From Macrostomum lignano (Eukaryota), in the NCBI GenBank assembly GCA_002269645.1, contig NIVC01001335.1:62001-126000 (forward strand): a DNA stretch of 64,000 nucleotides. Direction: 5' to 3'. Positions 1-16,134 of this stretch are shown here, one piece after another. Position 1 is the first letter of the stretch. Each line of letters begins with the position of its first letter. The notes below the pieces were generated by a model. The model was not told where the DNA came from and searched no databases. It saw only the letters and a program-made list of their open reading frames with translations. The translations under genes were made by a program, and so were the position numbers.

Positions 1-464
1 TTTCTCATCTGCATCTGCTGTCGTTAGCCGAGGCCTTCATGCGCCAATGCAGCGCGCTTGCTAGACAATTTTGTCCACACTTGGCCGCGGCGGCTGGCTG
101 TCTGGAAACCCGGTTCCCAGACACGGCCGGGCGATCGGGGTGGGGGGGGGCTCTGAGCTGTCTCAAGCGAGCTGCAGCCTCCGCCCGGATGCAGCCGCGT
201 CTACTCGACTGTTTTTTATGCCGAAGCTGCTCTCAGGAGAAAAACTATATGATAATTCCCCTCGTGATGGCGCAAGCGACTCGGAACTGCGCTGCTGAAA
301 TGGCCTGAACTGGCGAGCTCGACCCGCTACTTATCCCCCCCCCCCTACTTATCCCCCTGGGTCTGCGGCGTTTTCGGCTCCGGTTTCTGCCGATTTCTGA
401 GCTCCGCTGCTTGCTCGGTGGCTGCACGCAGGCGCTATCAGGTCTCTGTGGCTGCTGCTGCGAC

Positions 465-557
<93 letters not shown>

Positions 558-614
558 GCGTGTCTGTCTGTCTGTGTGTCTGTTGTCTCTCTGTCTGTCT
601 GTCTGTCTGTCTGT
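465..614. repeat. (GTCT)n microsatellite
   Basis: Directly visible GTCT/GACA tetranucleotide run. Confidence 0.97.
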
Positions 615-1195
615 AGCCACTCTGTAACAACAATTCATCTCAGCCATCCGAGTTGTTCAGCCCCATAATTACAGCACCAACGACAAGCATCAAATCCTTT
701 TGCACCCCCAGCCTACAATCTATAATTATACACTAAGCAACTCAAATGCCTCAAAAATCCTTCCAGAGCTCTCCTTTCACACTGCTTTAACACTGTCGCC
801 CAGACAGTTTGCGGAAGCCCTTTAGGCAGCTTCAAGCAGTCCTCAGTGCTCTCAAGGGGTGCAGGAAGGGGTGTCTGTGGTTGCTGGGGGGGGGGTCCTT
901 AGCCTAAGCCGAGAGCTGAGCTAATGCAATTTTCTGGTACACAGCAGCGTCGAACGAGTCTCAGCAGCTCCAGCCTCCCTCCAGTGCTAATGGTGCCTCG
1001 AGGGGCTGCTGGGTTAATGCGCAGCTGGGAGAGCAGGTTTCTCAGCGCGTCAAAAGCGATTCTCGAGCCTCTCGTTCTCCATCATTCTCTCCTCGAGCTC
1101 CGGCTCCATGAATAGTCTATTTTCTATCGGCGTGATGAATGATGGGAGAAAAGGAGACCAAATATCTCTGTTTATATTGGTCTCACGGTGCCTGG

Positions 1196-3660
1196 GAGAA
1201 TAGCTCAAATATCTAGTCACTATTATCTCAAATATCTAGTCACTATTAGCCCAAATATCTAGTCACTATTAGCTCAAATATCTAGTCACTATCAGCTCAA
1301 ATATCTAGTCACTATTATCTCAAATATCTAGTCACTATTAGCTCAAATATCTAGTCACTATTAGCTCAAACATCTAGTCACTATTAGCTCAAATATCTAG
1401 TCACTATTAGCTCAAATATCTAGTCACTATTAGCTCAAACATCCTATATACTAAATCTAGTCACTATTAGCTCAAATATGTAGTCACTATTATCTCAAAT
1501 ATCTAGTCACTATTATCTCAAATATCTAGTCACTATCAGCTCAAATACCTAGTCACTATTAGATCAAATATCTAGTCACTCTCAGCTAAAATATCTAGTC
1601 ACTATTAGCTCGAATATCTAGTCACTATTAGCTCGAATATCTAGTCATTATTATCTCAAATACCTAGTCATTATCAGCTAAAATATCTAGTCACTATCAG
1701 CTCAACTATCTAGTCACTATTAGCTCGAACATCTAGTCACTATTAGCTCAAATATCTACTCACTCTCAGCTAAAATATCTACTCACTCTCAGCTCAAATA
1801 TCTACTCACTCTCAGCTCAAATATCTAGTCACTATCAGCTCAAATATCAAGTCACTTTTATCTCAAATATCTAGTCACTATTAGCTCAAATATCTAGTCA
1901 CTATCAGCTCAAATATCTACTCATTATTAGCTCAAATATCTAGTCACTATTAGGTCAAATATCTAGTCATTATTATCTCAAATACCTAGTCATTATCAGC
2001 TAAAATATCTAGTCACTATCAGCTCAACTATCTAGTCACTATTAGCTCAAATATCTAGTCACTATTAGGTCAAATATCTAGTCATTATTATCTCAAATAC
2101 CTAGTCATTATCAGCTAAAATATCTAGTCACTATCAGCTCAACTATCTAGTCACTATTAGCTCGAACATCTAGTCACTATTAGCTCAAATATCTACTCAC
2201 TCTCAGCTCAAATATCTACTCACTCTCGGCTCAAATATCTACTCACTCTCAGCTCAAATATCTAGTCACTATCAGCTCAAATATCTACTCATTATTAGCT
2301 CAAATATCTAGTCACTATTAGCTCAAATATCTAGTCACTATCAGCTCAAATATCTACTCATTATTAGCTCAAATATCTAGTCACTATCAGCTCAAATATC
2401 TAGTCACTATCAGCTCAAATATCTAGTCACTATCAGCTCAAATATCTAGTCACTATTATCTCAAATATCTAGTCACTATTAGCTCAAATATCTACTCACT
2501 ATTAGCTCAAATATCCAGTCACCATCAGCCCAAATATCTAGTCACTATTATCTCAAATATCTAGTCACTATTAGCTCAAATATCTAGTCACTATCAGCTC
2601 AAATATCTAGTCACTATCAGCTCAAATATCTAGTCACTATTATCTCAAATATCTAGTCACTATCAGCTCAAATATCTAGTCACTATCAGCTCAAATATCT
2701 AGTCACCATCAGCCCAAATATGTAGTCACTATTATCTCAAATATCTAGTCACTATTAGCTCAAATATCTAGTCACTATTAGCTCAAATATCTAGTCACTA
2801 TTAGCTCAAATATCTAGTCACTATCAGCTCAAATATCTAGTCACTATCAGCTCAAATATCTACTCATTATTAGCTCAAATATCTAGTCACTATTAGCTCG
2901 AATATCTAGTCACTATTAGCTCGAACATCTAGTCAGTGTTAGCTCAAATATCTAGTCACTCTCAGCTAAAATATCTAGTCAGTGTTAGCTCAAATATCTA
3001 GTCACTCTCAGCTAAAATATCTAGTCACTGTTAGCTCAAATATCTAGTCACTCTCAGCTAAAATATCTAGTCACTGTTAGCTCAAATATCTAGTCACTCT
3101 CAGCTAAAATATCTAGTCACTATTAGCTCAAATATCTAGTCACCATTAGCCTAAATATCTAGTCAATATTAGCTCAAATATCTAGTCACTATTAGCTCAA
3201 ATATCTAGTCATTATCAGCTAAAATATCTAGTCACTATTAGCTCAAATATCTAGTCACTATTAGCTTGAACATCTAGTCAGTGTTAGCTCAAATATCTAG
3301 TCACTCTCAGCTAAAACATCTAGTCAGTGTTAGCTCAAATATCTAGTCACTCTCAGCTAAAATATCTAGTCACTGTTAGCTCAAATATCTAGTCACTCTC
3401 AGCTAAAATATCTAGTCACTGTTAGCTCAAATATCTAGTCACTATTAGCTCGAATATCTAGTCACTATTAGCCCAAATATCTAGTCAATATTAGCTCAAA
3501 TATCTAGTCAATATTAGCTCAAATATCTAGTCACTATCAGCTAAAATATCTAGTCACTATCAGCTCAAATATCTAGTCACTATCAGCTCAAATATCTAGT
3601 CACTATCAGCTCAAATATCTAGTCACTATCAGCTCAAATATCTAGTCACTATTAGCTCAA
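1196..3660. repeat. 23-bp minisatellite array A (ATATCTAGTCACTATTAGCTCAA), about 105 copies, in the intron 3' of the innexin exon
   Basis: Visible 23-bp periodicity with variant units; it ends about 55 nt from the innexin donor site. Confidence 0.97.
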
Positions 3661-3715
3661 GGCACTCATATAATGTAAAGTTAATGTACCCGTAAACAGC
3701 TTGGCAACTGCTCAC

Positions 3716-4022
3716 AAATGGTTCTCTCTTTCTTCTTGCTCGAGTCCTGGGTCATCGTCTCGCCCATTGGCCAGTAGTACATGTTCTCAATCCAGCACAG
3801 GTTCTCAATGTACTCCATTCGTTGAGAGCCCTCGGTCTCCTTGAGAGTCCAGCACTGGATGGGGGTGAACAGGTACTGCTTGGTGGCGGATATTCCGGCA
3901 AAGAATATCAGAATGGTCGGCGTGATCATGTAGTTCAGGACGTCGATGAAGTCCTCGGCCGCGGCGTACTGGCCGAAGCTCACTCGGAACTGGTTCACCT
4001 TCAGGAAGAAGTCGAAATTCAT
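3716..4022 (-). CDS. inx: Innexin, first coding exon (N-terminus, TM1, first extracellular loop); remaining exons not found in this window
   Basis: Translation MNFDFFLKVNQFRVSFGQYAAAEDFIDVLNY...ATKQYLFTPIQCW...MEYIENLCWIENMYY matches the innexin pattern (DDxxDRLNY-like, KQY-G-PIxCW, Y-NxYCW). ATG at 4022-4020, upstream acceptor CCGCAG at 4032, donor GTGAGC at 3715 (phase 1), just before where YYQW is expected. Confidence 0.93.
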
Positions 4023-4065
4023 GCCTGCCGCCTGCGGTGGGGAGGAGGGGCGTGACGCTTTGTTG

Positions 4066-5172
4066 CGGCTGTCTGGTCACTCTGTCTATATAGCTGGTCA
4101 CTCTGAATGTGCATCTGGTCACTCTGGTTATGTATCTGGTCACTCTGTTCATGTATCTGGTCACTCTGGTTATGTATCTCGTCACTCTGTTCATGTATCT
4201 GGTCACTCTGGTTATGTATCTCGTCACTCTGTCTATATAGCTGGTCACTCTGGTTATGTATCTAGTCACTCTATCCTACAGTATCTAGTCACTATCCTAC
4301 AGTATCTAGTCACTATCCTACAGTATCTAGTCACTATCCTACAGTATCTAGTCACTCTATCCTACAGTATCTAGTCACTCTATCCTACAGTATCTAGTCA
4401 CTCTATCCTACAGTATCTAGTCACTCTATCCTACAGTATCTAGTCACTCTATCCTACAGTATCTAGTCACTCTATCCTACAGTATCTAGTCACTCTATCC
4501 TACAGTATCTAGTCACTCTATCCTACAGTATCTAGTCACTCTATCCTACAGTATCTAGTCACTATTCTACAGTATCTAGTCACTCTATCCTAAAGTATCT
4601 AGTCACTGTATCCTACAGTATCTAGTCACTCTATCCTACAGTATCTAGTCACTATCCTACAGTATCTAGTCACTCTATCCTACAGTATCTAGTCACTCTA
4701 TCCTACAGTATCTAGTCACTCTATCCTACAGTATCTAGTCACTATCCTACAGTATCTAGTCACTCTATCCTACAGTATCTAGTCACTCTATCCTACAGTA
4801 TCTAGTCACTATCCTACAGTATCTAGTCACTCTATCCTACAGTATCTAGTCACTCTATCCTACAGTATCTAGTCACTCTATCTTACAGTATCTAGTCACT
4901 CTATCCTACAGTATCTAGTCACTATTCTACAGTATCTAGTCACTCTATCCTAAAGTATCTAGTCACTGTATCCTACAGTATCTAGTCACTCTATCCTACA
5001 GTATCTAGTCACTATCCTACAGTATCTAGTCACTCTATCCTACAGTATCTAGTCACTCTATCCTACAGTATCTAGTCACTATCCTACAGTATCTAGTCAC
5101 TCTATCCTACAGTATCTAGTCACTCTATCCTACAGTATCTAGTCACTCTATTCTACCGTATCTAGTCACTCT
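4066..5172. repeat. 21/23-bp minisatellite array B (TCTAGTCACTCTATCCTACAGTA)
   Basis: Visible periodicity. A 21-bp TCTGGTCACTCTGGTTATGTA variant at 4075-4265 grades into the main unit. Lines 4561 and 4921 are identical (360-bp block duplication). Confidence 0.97.
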
Positions 5173-5493
5173 TTATAAGAATTAAATTCCATTCTCAATC
5201 ATTTCGTGCGAAGCTAACTAATCCAAAATTAATCAAAAACATAACTGCAAAACTACTACCTCTGAATAACTGTCTTTAAGATTTCCCCTAAACAGGTGCA
5301 AAATCAGGCGCACAGGCGCACGGCTGCCGGGCCATATTTGGGCAGAGCAAACATGGGACAATGGGAACCTGCATCTGCATCGCGTGTGTTTGACCGAGAA
5401 TTGGGCTGCTATCAGATTTTAGCTCGAGGAAATTCTATAGATTTACAAATATATGCCGCATTTGCGTCAGTTGTTACCCTGGACTGGCCCGAA

Positions 5494-5625
5494 CAAACCC
5501 GAAATATCATAAACCCGAAATATCAAAACTCCGAAAGTGTTGTCAACGCTTAACGCTATTTTGGTTTTCGGGTTTATGATATATCGGGTTTTGTGATATT
5601 TCGGGTTTGTTATATTTCGGGTTTA
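5494..5625. mobile_element. Small foldback / MITE-like remnant with inverted arms made of AAACCCGAAATATCA subrepeats
   Basis: AAACCCGAAATATC repeats at about 5494-5536 face inverted GATATTTCGGGTTT repeats at about 5564-5625. Confidence 0.6.
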
Positions 5626-5639
5626 AGATGGCGACCCGT

Positions 5640-6700
5640 TAGTGACTAGATATGGACAGTTAGAGTGACTAGATATGGGCAGTAAGAGTGACTAGATATG
5701 AACAGTTAGAGTGACTAGATATGGGCAGTTAGAGTGACTAGATATGAAAAATTAGAGTGACTAAATATGAAAAATTAGAGTGACTAGATATGAACAGTTA
5801 GAGTGACTAGATATGGACAGTTAGAGTGACTAGATATGAAAAATTAGAGTGACTAAATATGAAAAGTTAGAGTGACTAGATATTAACAGTTAGAGTGACT
5901 AGATATGGACAGTTAGAGTGACTAGATATTGACAATTAGAGCGACTAAATATGAAAAATTAGAGTGACTAGATATTGACAGTTAGAGTGACTAGATATGG
6001 ACAGTTAGAGTGACTAGATATGGACATTTAGAGTGACTAGATATTGACAATTAGAGCGACTAAATATGAAAAATTAGAGTGACTAGATATTGACAGTTAG
6101 AGTGACTAGATATGGACAATTAGAGTGACTAGATATGGCAGTTAGAGTGACTAGATATGGACATTAGAGTGACTAGATATGAACAGTTAGAGTGACTAGA
6201 TGTGGCAGTTAGAGTGACTAGATATGGCAGTTAGAGTGACTAGATATGGACATTAGAGTGACTAGATATGGACAGTTAGAGTGACTAGATATGCCAGTTA
6301 GAGTGACTAGATATGGACAGTTAGAGTGACTAGATATGGACAGTTAGAGTGACTATATATGGACAGTTAGAGTGACTAGATATGGACAGTTAGAGTGACT
6401 AGATATTGACAGTTAGAGTGACTAGATATTGACAGTTAGAGTGACTAGATATGGACAGTTAGAGTGACTAGATATTGACAGTTAGAGTGACTAGATATGG
6501 ACAGTTAGAGTGACTAGATATGGACAGTTAGAGTGACTAGATATGGACAGTTAGAGTGACTAGATATGGACAGTTAGAGTGACTAGATTTGGACATTAGA
6601 GTGACTAGATATGGACAGTTAGAGTGACTAGATGTGGCAGTTAGAGTGACTAGATGTGGCAGTTAGAGTGACTAGATGTGGCAGTTAGAGTGACTAGATT
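5640..6700. repeat. 23-bp minisatellite array C (AGTGACTAGATATGGACAGTTAG), inverted relative to arrays A and B
   Basis: The reverse complement of the unit contains ATATCTAGTCACTCTA, shared with arrays A and B. Confidence 0.97.
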
Positions 6701-7694
6701 TGTACAAGAAATGCAAGGACTAAAAGTTGTAATATACATGTAGATATGTGATGTACATACATGTACATGTTGGCCAGATTAACTGGTAAAATTATTTTAA
6801 CTTCCCGAAATCGCTTTCAGAAGCTCTGATCCCGATTCATCACAGGATGGGGAGGCAGACCTGGGGAGCGCTGTCCCAAACCCAATTTTCCCAAACAAAA
6901 TACATCATTTGACATCCCATCAGTCTTCTGTCTTATTCATGCTTAGAAAAGTTATTTGCGCTACATATCGGCAATAGTAGACTTTCCCGCGGACCAGGCA
7001 GCATTCTCTCGAGAGCTCATATCTCTCGATCTTGATCCCGATGCATCACCGGGACTCGAGCAACAGCTGGAGAAAATTGCCCCCCCCTGAGTTTCTCGGC
7101 AAAATGATGAAGCATCTCTGCGGGGATCGGCCTGTCCTCCCAGACTCCCGAACTCGCCGCCGAGCTGCTGACAGCTGCCGCCGACAAAAAATGTGTAACT
7201 AACAGGGGCGGGGAGCGGAACTCCTGGGAGGCTGAGATAATCGATGCGGCCGAGCTTGGGGATAAGAGAAATTGGGAGGCTGTTTGCGACACTTTCCGAG
7301 GCCCGGGAAAAACTTCGCTCCTAGAGGAGGCGGAGCCGCCAAAACTGAGGAGCTTAAGTCGCCTGAGCAGCTGCCGGCCAGAGAAGCTGGCCGCTGGATC
7401 GGATAATCTCTGCCAAGATGAGGCCTCGAACCGCCAGGATCTCTTGAAAGACCGCCCGGAGGCCCGGGGGCAAGAAGTTCGTCAGCTCTCTGTTGCCTGA
7501 GCTCTGCGATGCTCTGGGATATATGGGGATGGAGAGGACTATTCTTCATCGGGAACTGCAGTCTCTCTCAGTCAGCGCATGAAGTTCAGTCTCTAACTTT
7601 CTCTGTAGCTTTTCCAGGACTCCAGGAAAAATTAACAAAGGAAAACAGCTGATAGATGCGATTTACAGGCGAGTTAAGGACAGCCAAGGCGCTA

Positions 7695-7695
<1 letters not shown>

Positions 7696-7764
<69 letters not shown>

Positions 7765-7766
7765 TA

Positions 7767-7803
<37 letters not shown>

Positions 7804-7806
7804 CTA

Positions 7807-7890
<84 letters not shown>

Positions 7891-7912
7891 CGACAGACAG
7901 ACAGACAGACAG
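7696..7912. repeat. (GACA)n microsatellite
   Basis: Directly visible. Confidence 0.97.
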
Positions 7913-8286
7913 ATTAAGAGTCAGAGAAGAACAGACCAACCAAGGCAGTGCTCATTAATCCGGGGCGCAGCGGATCTGCTTAACTCAGTGCTGAGACCCG
8001 CTGCAGATTGCGGCTAATTGCCACCGCTGCGGCTCCTCCCACTGATAAATGGCCTGCCGATGCCCTGAGCATCCGCAGCTGTTAATGGCGACCCCAGACT
8101 GAACTGGGACCATTTGGTTGATAATAAATGACTCTAAAAAGTTCAGATTTAAAATAATAACCCTCTTGCATACCCTAGATAATGTAATGCCGATTTAAGC
8201 AAACTACAAAGTTTTTAAAATTAAAACCAACTCCGAGTTTTGTTAAAATTGATAGAAATTTAAAAAAACCGCTGCACCAAGGAAAC

Positions 8287-8713
<427 letters not shown>

Positions 8714-9696
8714 GACACAGGACACAGGCAGATCAGTAGACAAGCTGTCTCAGCAGCGGCAGCCCCCCCCCCATTGACCTCTGCCGAATCCACTTTATGC
8801 CCCTGTGGCAGCGGGCGGGCGCAGCAGCCGTTATTGGCATGTCGCATAGCCATGGAGGAACGGCTCTGGCGGATGCTGGGGATGCCTCATCATTCCCTGG
8901 CCCTGTCAGCCCGCGCGCACCGGCGGCAAAGCGGAAGCAACTTACCTCGCCGCTGCCCTAAACACGAATTCGCCCCCTTCACCAAGTTGTGGTGTTGCGC
9001 AGTTGTAAAATTTGTAATTTCAGTTCCGACTTTGGCGAGAGGCCGGGGACTGTCCGGCAGGTGCAAAAGTGGCCGAGTCTCTTACCTGAAGCCGAAGTGA
9101 AGCAGTTCAACTCGTTGGTGGCCGAAATGCCTGCGCGGCCCAGACGGTGTCCGATCCGATGCTGCAGGGGGATTCTGAGCCTGTCCGAGTCTGTCTGTAA
9201 GCCGGTCGGCAGTGCAGATAAGGGCGGCCGAGTGGGGCAGGAGAAATATCTGAGGCTGGTCCGGGAGGCCGAGGGACAGACCGCCCTGGCTGAGCACACC
9301 GGATGCAGATAAGCAGAAGCAGCTGGAAGCTGCAGCTTGGGCTCAGATGGCTGCCCGTTGCAATTCAGCCGATGGGATTTCGGTAGGCCGAGGAGGGGAG
9401 TTCGAGTTCGAAGGCCGCTGTTGTCGGGGCTGGGAGAAAAGCCCGGACTAGCTGAAGTCGAGTAGCCTGGGGGGGGGGGGCTGACAGCCTCTGACTGGCT
9501 GGTGCGCTCTGGAAGAGCGAGTGGGCCGATTTCTGGTTGGCTGGGCGCCCAGGTTCCCCTGCCATTGCAGTGCTGAGAGCTGGTTTAACATCACGGCTGG
9601 GCTGACAGGTGAAACTAGATTTGTTAATTTGATTGTGTGTTTTGATGGAAATTTGACCTGTCCTCTCTCACAACTCGCTGAAATTGCAGGATATTA

Positions 9697-11506
<1,810 letters not shown>

Positions 11507-11522
11507 TTAAGTGCAACATCAA

Positions 11523-12256
11523 CCATCCCCTAAATACCCCATACCATAAATACCCCATCCACTAAATACCTCATCCCCGAAATACCCCATCCACTAAAAT
11601 ACCCCATCCCCAAAATACCCCATCCCATAAATACCCCATACCATAAATACCCCATCCCCGAAATACCCCATCCACTAAAATACCCCATCCCCAAAATACC
11701 CCATCCCATAAATACCCCATACCATAAATACCCCATCCACTAAATACCCCATCCACTAAAATACCCCATCCCCAAAATACCCCATCCCATAAATACCCCA
11801 TCCCCTAAATACCCCATCCCATAAATACCCCATCCCATAAATACCCCATCCCATAAATACCCCATCCCATAAATACCCCATCCCCTAAATACCCCATCCC
11901 CTAAATACCCCATCCCCTAAATACCCCATCCCCTAAATACCCCATCTTCAAAATACCCCATCCCCGAAATACCCCATCCCCAAAATACCCCATCCCCGAA
12001 ATACCCCATCCCCAAAATACCCCATCCTCTAAATACCCCATCCCCAAAATACCCCATCCTCTAAATACCCCATCCTCTAAATACCCCATACCCTAAATAC
12101 CCCATCCTCTAGATACCCCATACCCTAAATACCCCATCCCCTAGATACCCCATATTGAAATAATACCCCATACCCTAAATGCCCCATCCTCTAAACACCC
12201 CATCCCCGAAATACCCCATCCCGAAATACCCCATACCCTAAATACCCCATCCCCGA
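11523..12256. repeat. 16-17-bp C-rich array (AAATACCCCATCCCCT)
   Basis: Visible periodicity; the minus strand carries repeated G4 runs. Confidence 0.96.
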
Positions 12257-12261
12257 AACAT

Positions 12262-12469
12262 CGGCCCCGACTTTCTAATCGTCAGGCAAATACACCCTCG
12301 GTGCCTTGAGGGTCGGTCATCATGGTGTGAATTGTACTACAAGTCTACAACCCCAACCCCAATTTCCATGCACAGGACCCAAATGAATTTGGCCGCTCAC
12401 GGATTCGAACCAGGGACCTTGGGCGCCAAGAGTCAAACGCGTTTGCTGCAGAGCTGCTCTGCGCCCCCC
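12262..12469 (-). mobile_element. tRNA-derived SINE
   Basis: Minus strand starts GGGGGGCGCAGAGCAG, has the T-arm/B-box AAGGTCCCTGGTTCGAATCC (B-box 12411-12401), then a body ending TGCCTGACGATTAGAAAGTC that recurs near 17140 and 33970. The A-box is degenerate. Confidence 0.72.
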
Positions 12470-12921
12470 ATGGCGAATCCATGGTGGCCACCTGTCAGTC
12501 AGGTGCGCCGTGTGCCTCAATAATCCAATTGTAAATAATGAATTACAGCCACTGTTGCGCAGACTGCTGCCTGGATGAGGCACAAAGCTGAGCAATATCC
12601 GGGATTTATCCGCATACACTTGGCTGAATAATTTACACCCAGCGCTTCTGATAGAAAGCTTTGGAAAATTTCCAATATTTTGAGAGATAGAAGGCCCGAA
12701 GTCTCGAGGGACTCCCACGGACTGAGGCTTCGATAGATAGTCGGGATGGAGAAATCCAGCAGCCTCCAAGGTGTCTGCAGAGCTGCCAGCTGGTGCGCAC
12801 TCCCGTGATTTCCGGTGGGATTTCGATTGCCTTTCTGCGCATTTCTTAGAGACTTCACTGCGTCTATTTCGCCTTTGAATTGCATCCCTACCGCTCTCAT
12901 CTTCTCCGCTCAACTCTTCCC

Positions 12922-13985
12922 TCCGCTCTCTGATCCGCTCTCTCCTCCGCTCTCTGATCCGCTCTCTCCTTCGCCCTCTGATCCACTCTCTCCTTCGCCC
13001 TCTGATCCACTCTCTCCTCCGCCCTCTGATCCACTCTCTCCTCCGCCCTCTGATCCACTCTCTCCTCCGCTCTCTGATCCGCTCTCTCCTTCGCCCTCTG
13101 ATCCACTCTCTCCTTCGCCCTCTGATCCACTCTCTCCTCCGCCCTCTGATCCACTCTCTCCTTCGCCCTCTGATCCACTCTCTCCTTCGCCCTCTGATCC
13201 ACTCTCTCCTCCGCCCTCTGATCCACTCTCTCCTCCGCCCTCTGATCCACTCTCTCCTCCGCTCTCTGATCCGCTCTCTCCTTCGCCCTCTGATCCACTC
13301 TCTCCTTCGCCCTCTGATCCACTCTCTCCTCCGCCCTCTGATCCACTCTCTCCTTCGCCCTCTGATCCACTCTCTCCTCCGCCCTCTGATCCACTCTCTC
13401 CTCCGCTCTCTGATCCGCTCTCTCCTCCGCCCTCTGATCCACTCTCTCCTCCGCTCTCTGATCCGCTCTCTCCTTCGCCCTCTGATCCACTCTCTCCTCC
13501 GCCCTCTGATCCACTCTCTCCTCCGCTCTCTGATCCGCTCTCTCCTTCGCCCTCTGATCCACTCTCTCCTCCGCCCTCTGATCCACTCTCTCCTCCGCTC
13601 TCTGATCCGCTCTCTCCTTCGCCCTCTGATCCACTCTCTCTGATCCGCCCTCTGATCCGCTTCTCCTCCGCTCTCTGATCCGCTCTCTCCTTCATTCTCT
13701 CCTCCGCTCTCTGATCCGCTCTCTCCTCCGCTCTCTGATCCGCTCTCTCCTCCGCTCTCTGATCCGCTCTCTGATCCGCTCTCTGATCCGCCCTCTGATC
13801 CGCTTCTCCTCCGCTCTCTGATCCGCCCTCTGATCCACAATCTCCTCCGCTCTCTGATCCGCCCTCTGATCCACAATTTCCTCTGCTCTCTGATCCGCCC
13901 TCTGATCCACAATCTCCTCCGCTCTCTGATCGGCTCTCTCCTCCGCTCTCTGATCCGCTTCTCCTCCGCTCTCTGATCCACAATC
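12922..13985. repeat. 24-bp minisatellite (CTCTGATCCACTCTCTCCTCCGCC)
   Basis: Visible periodicity; source of spurious ORFs 12320..13981, 12815..13678 and 12910..14157. Confidence 0.96.
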
Positions 13986-16134
13986 TCCTCACATGGCTTT
14001 CACCCAACCGCTCACAAGAACCGGCGCAGCTCTCACGCCCTTTTCCAGCAAAGCCGGTGGCCGCTGAGAGCCAGACTGTTCCAAGCCAGAACGTTCGCCA
14101 AAATGCTTGGCCCGGTCCTGAACCGCGAAAAGACAACAATACAATTCGATCTGTCATCGACAGCGTCCCCGGTGTCCGCCCGGCCCCATTCTTGAAGACC
14201 AGAATGCCAGCAAGACAAAGTGAGACGCGTCGATTTCAAGACTACTTCGCCAAAGGCTGCCACCACGCAGCAGCGCCGGACCACTGATGACAAAGCGACT
14301 GTCTCGCCGTTAGGGGGGGGGGTTGTCGCGGCAATGCGGGAGAGAGCGGGGCTGCTGAGCGGAAGAGAATAGGGGGGGTCAGGCATCAGGGGATGAATGA
14401 ATTTCGAAAGTGGGAGGACCTTCTGAGTGATGGATGGATTGGAAATCGGAGAGAGGAGGGCCGAGAGGCCCGGGGCCATCTTAATAAAAGCAGAAGACCC
14501 CACTGCACTGGCAGCCTCACCCAGCACACCCCAGCATCCGCTCTTCATCCTCCTCCTGCTCCTCTGCCCCCCGCGAAGCTTTCCCAGTGCCGATGCCCGG
14601 GTTTGCATTTGATAAATATTAAATCTTGGGCTTGTCAGCTGGGCGCCCCGCCTCCCTCTGTTCCCCTCTGCCCCCCCCCCTGGTCTCTGGTGCCGGCAGC
14701 GTGCATTTTGGCATCCGGCCGGCGGTTCCCCGGCGAGGAGGAATGAAAGAAGAAAAAATCTGTTTGCCAGGGACCGAATAGCCATGGATTACTAGAGCTC
14801 TAGATGTCTGGATTGGAAACTTTTTTAAATCTTTTAAATCCGGAAGACGTCAGCTAGTATTACATGAAATTATGCTGGCAAGCTTTCCAGACCAGATTTC
14901 ATAGTCCAGAGCTCCATGATGGCTTTCAGAAGCAGAAATACGAAAGAAATTTAGACAAGCAGATTGAGCTGCTGAAATTTAGGCGAGCATCTGCCTGAAG
15001 ATGACAGCTTGCCTGATACAAAAATATGTCTTTCTCTTTAGGTTTCAGCAGCTTGTCATGGATCCTTATAAACTGCAGGGGGGGGGGCATCAGGAAAAGT
15101 CTGCTGTTTCCAGTCTAAGTTCTCAGCGTTAGGTAGTCCATGGCTCAGCCCGATATCTATAAGCATGCACAATATAGTCCAGTCTAATGCGGTCTCCAGT
15201 CCAGGTTCTCAGTTTTCAGTAGTCCACGGCTCAGTCCGAGCAGTATAATTTCAATTTCCCGTGAGCCATATAATTTCTGTTTGCAGCTTCCTCTAGAGGC
15301 AAAAGAGATAAACAAGCGCCAGGCAAAACCGGGAGAGAACAACAGAAGAGCCGAGAGACTCCAGACTGGCTTCAATTTTCCTTCTTTTTCTTACTTTCAA
15401 CCTTGCCCGAGCAAACCTTGCCTGAATCTCATTTGCCTTTCCCATGCGCTGCTGCCAAGGGCTCGAGGCCCGAGCTGGACACCAGGGAAGACAAGCAAGA
15501 GCAGGGCGGAGAGGATGAAGCACAGAGAAGCTGGGCCAGTTGGGCAGCGGGACGCAGAAGTCGATATCGAGTATCATGATGCGGCTCGGAGCTCCGCCAG
15601 ACCCTCCTCCCCAGCCTCTTCCATGTTGCTTGAATTAATGGAAGACAATTTTAATGGCATGGCCTGTGCGCTTCTTTGCATTTCGGCTTTTCCTCTGCGA
15701 TTCTTCTGCTGTAGCTTTTTGTGGCTGCAAATTCTTGGCGAATTGCAATTTGTGCGCGAATTGAAGCGGGTCTGAGAGCGCAAAAGGGGGGGGGGCAGGG
15801 GGTAGCCTGGAGGACTGCGACTAGATGGAATAGGAGTGGGGCTGAGGTGCCGGGTTTTAGGTGAGATTTAGGGGGGAGAGCCAGGATCACAGAGTGCAGG
15901 TAGAAGGGTGAACTGGGGGAGCATAAAGGCGAGAGATATCGATCTAGAGATAGAGAGAAGGGATGGGGGGAAAATGAGAGAGGGAGACGTGGGAAGGAGG
16001 GGAGAGAGGGGGAGTCCTCAAACCCCAAGCACTGACTCAGTAGCGTCCGTTTGTTTGAGCAGAAAAAATGCCGATATTTTGAATATTTTGTATTCTTCCT
16101 CAGTGCCAGTAAAAGGGAGAGTAGAAAATGATAT

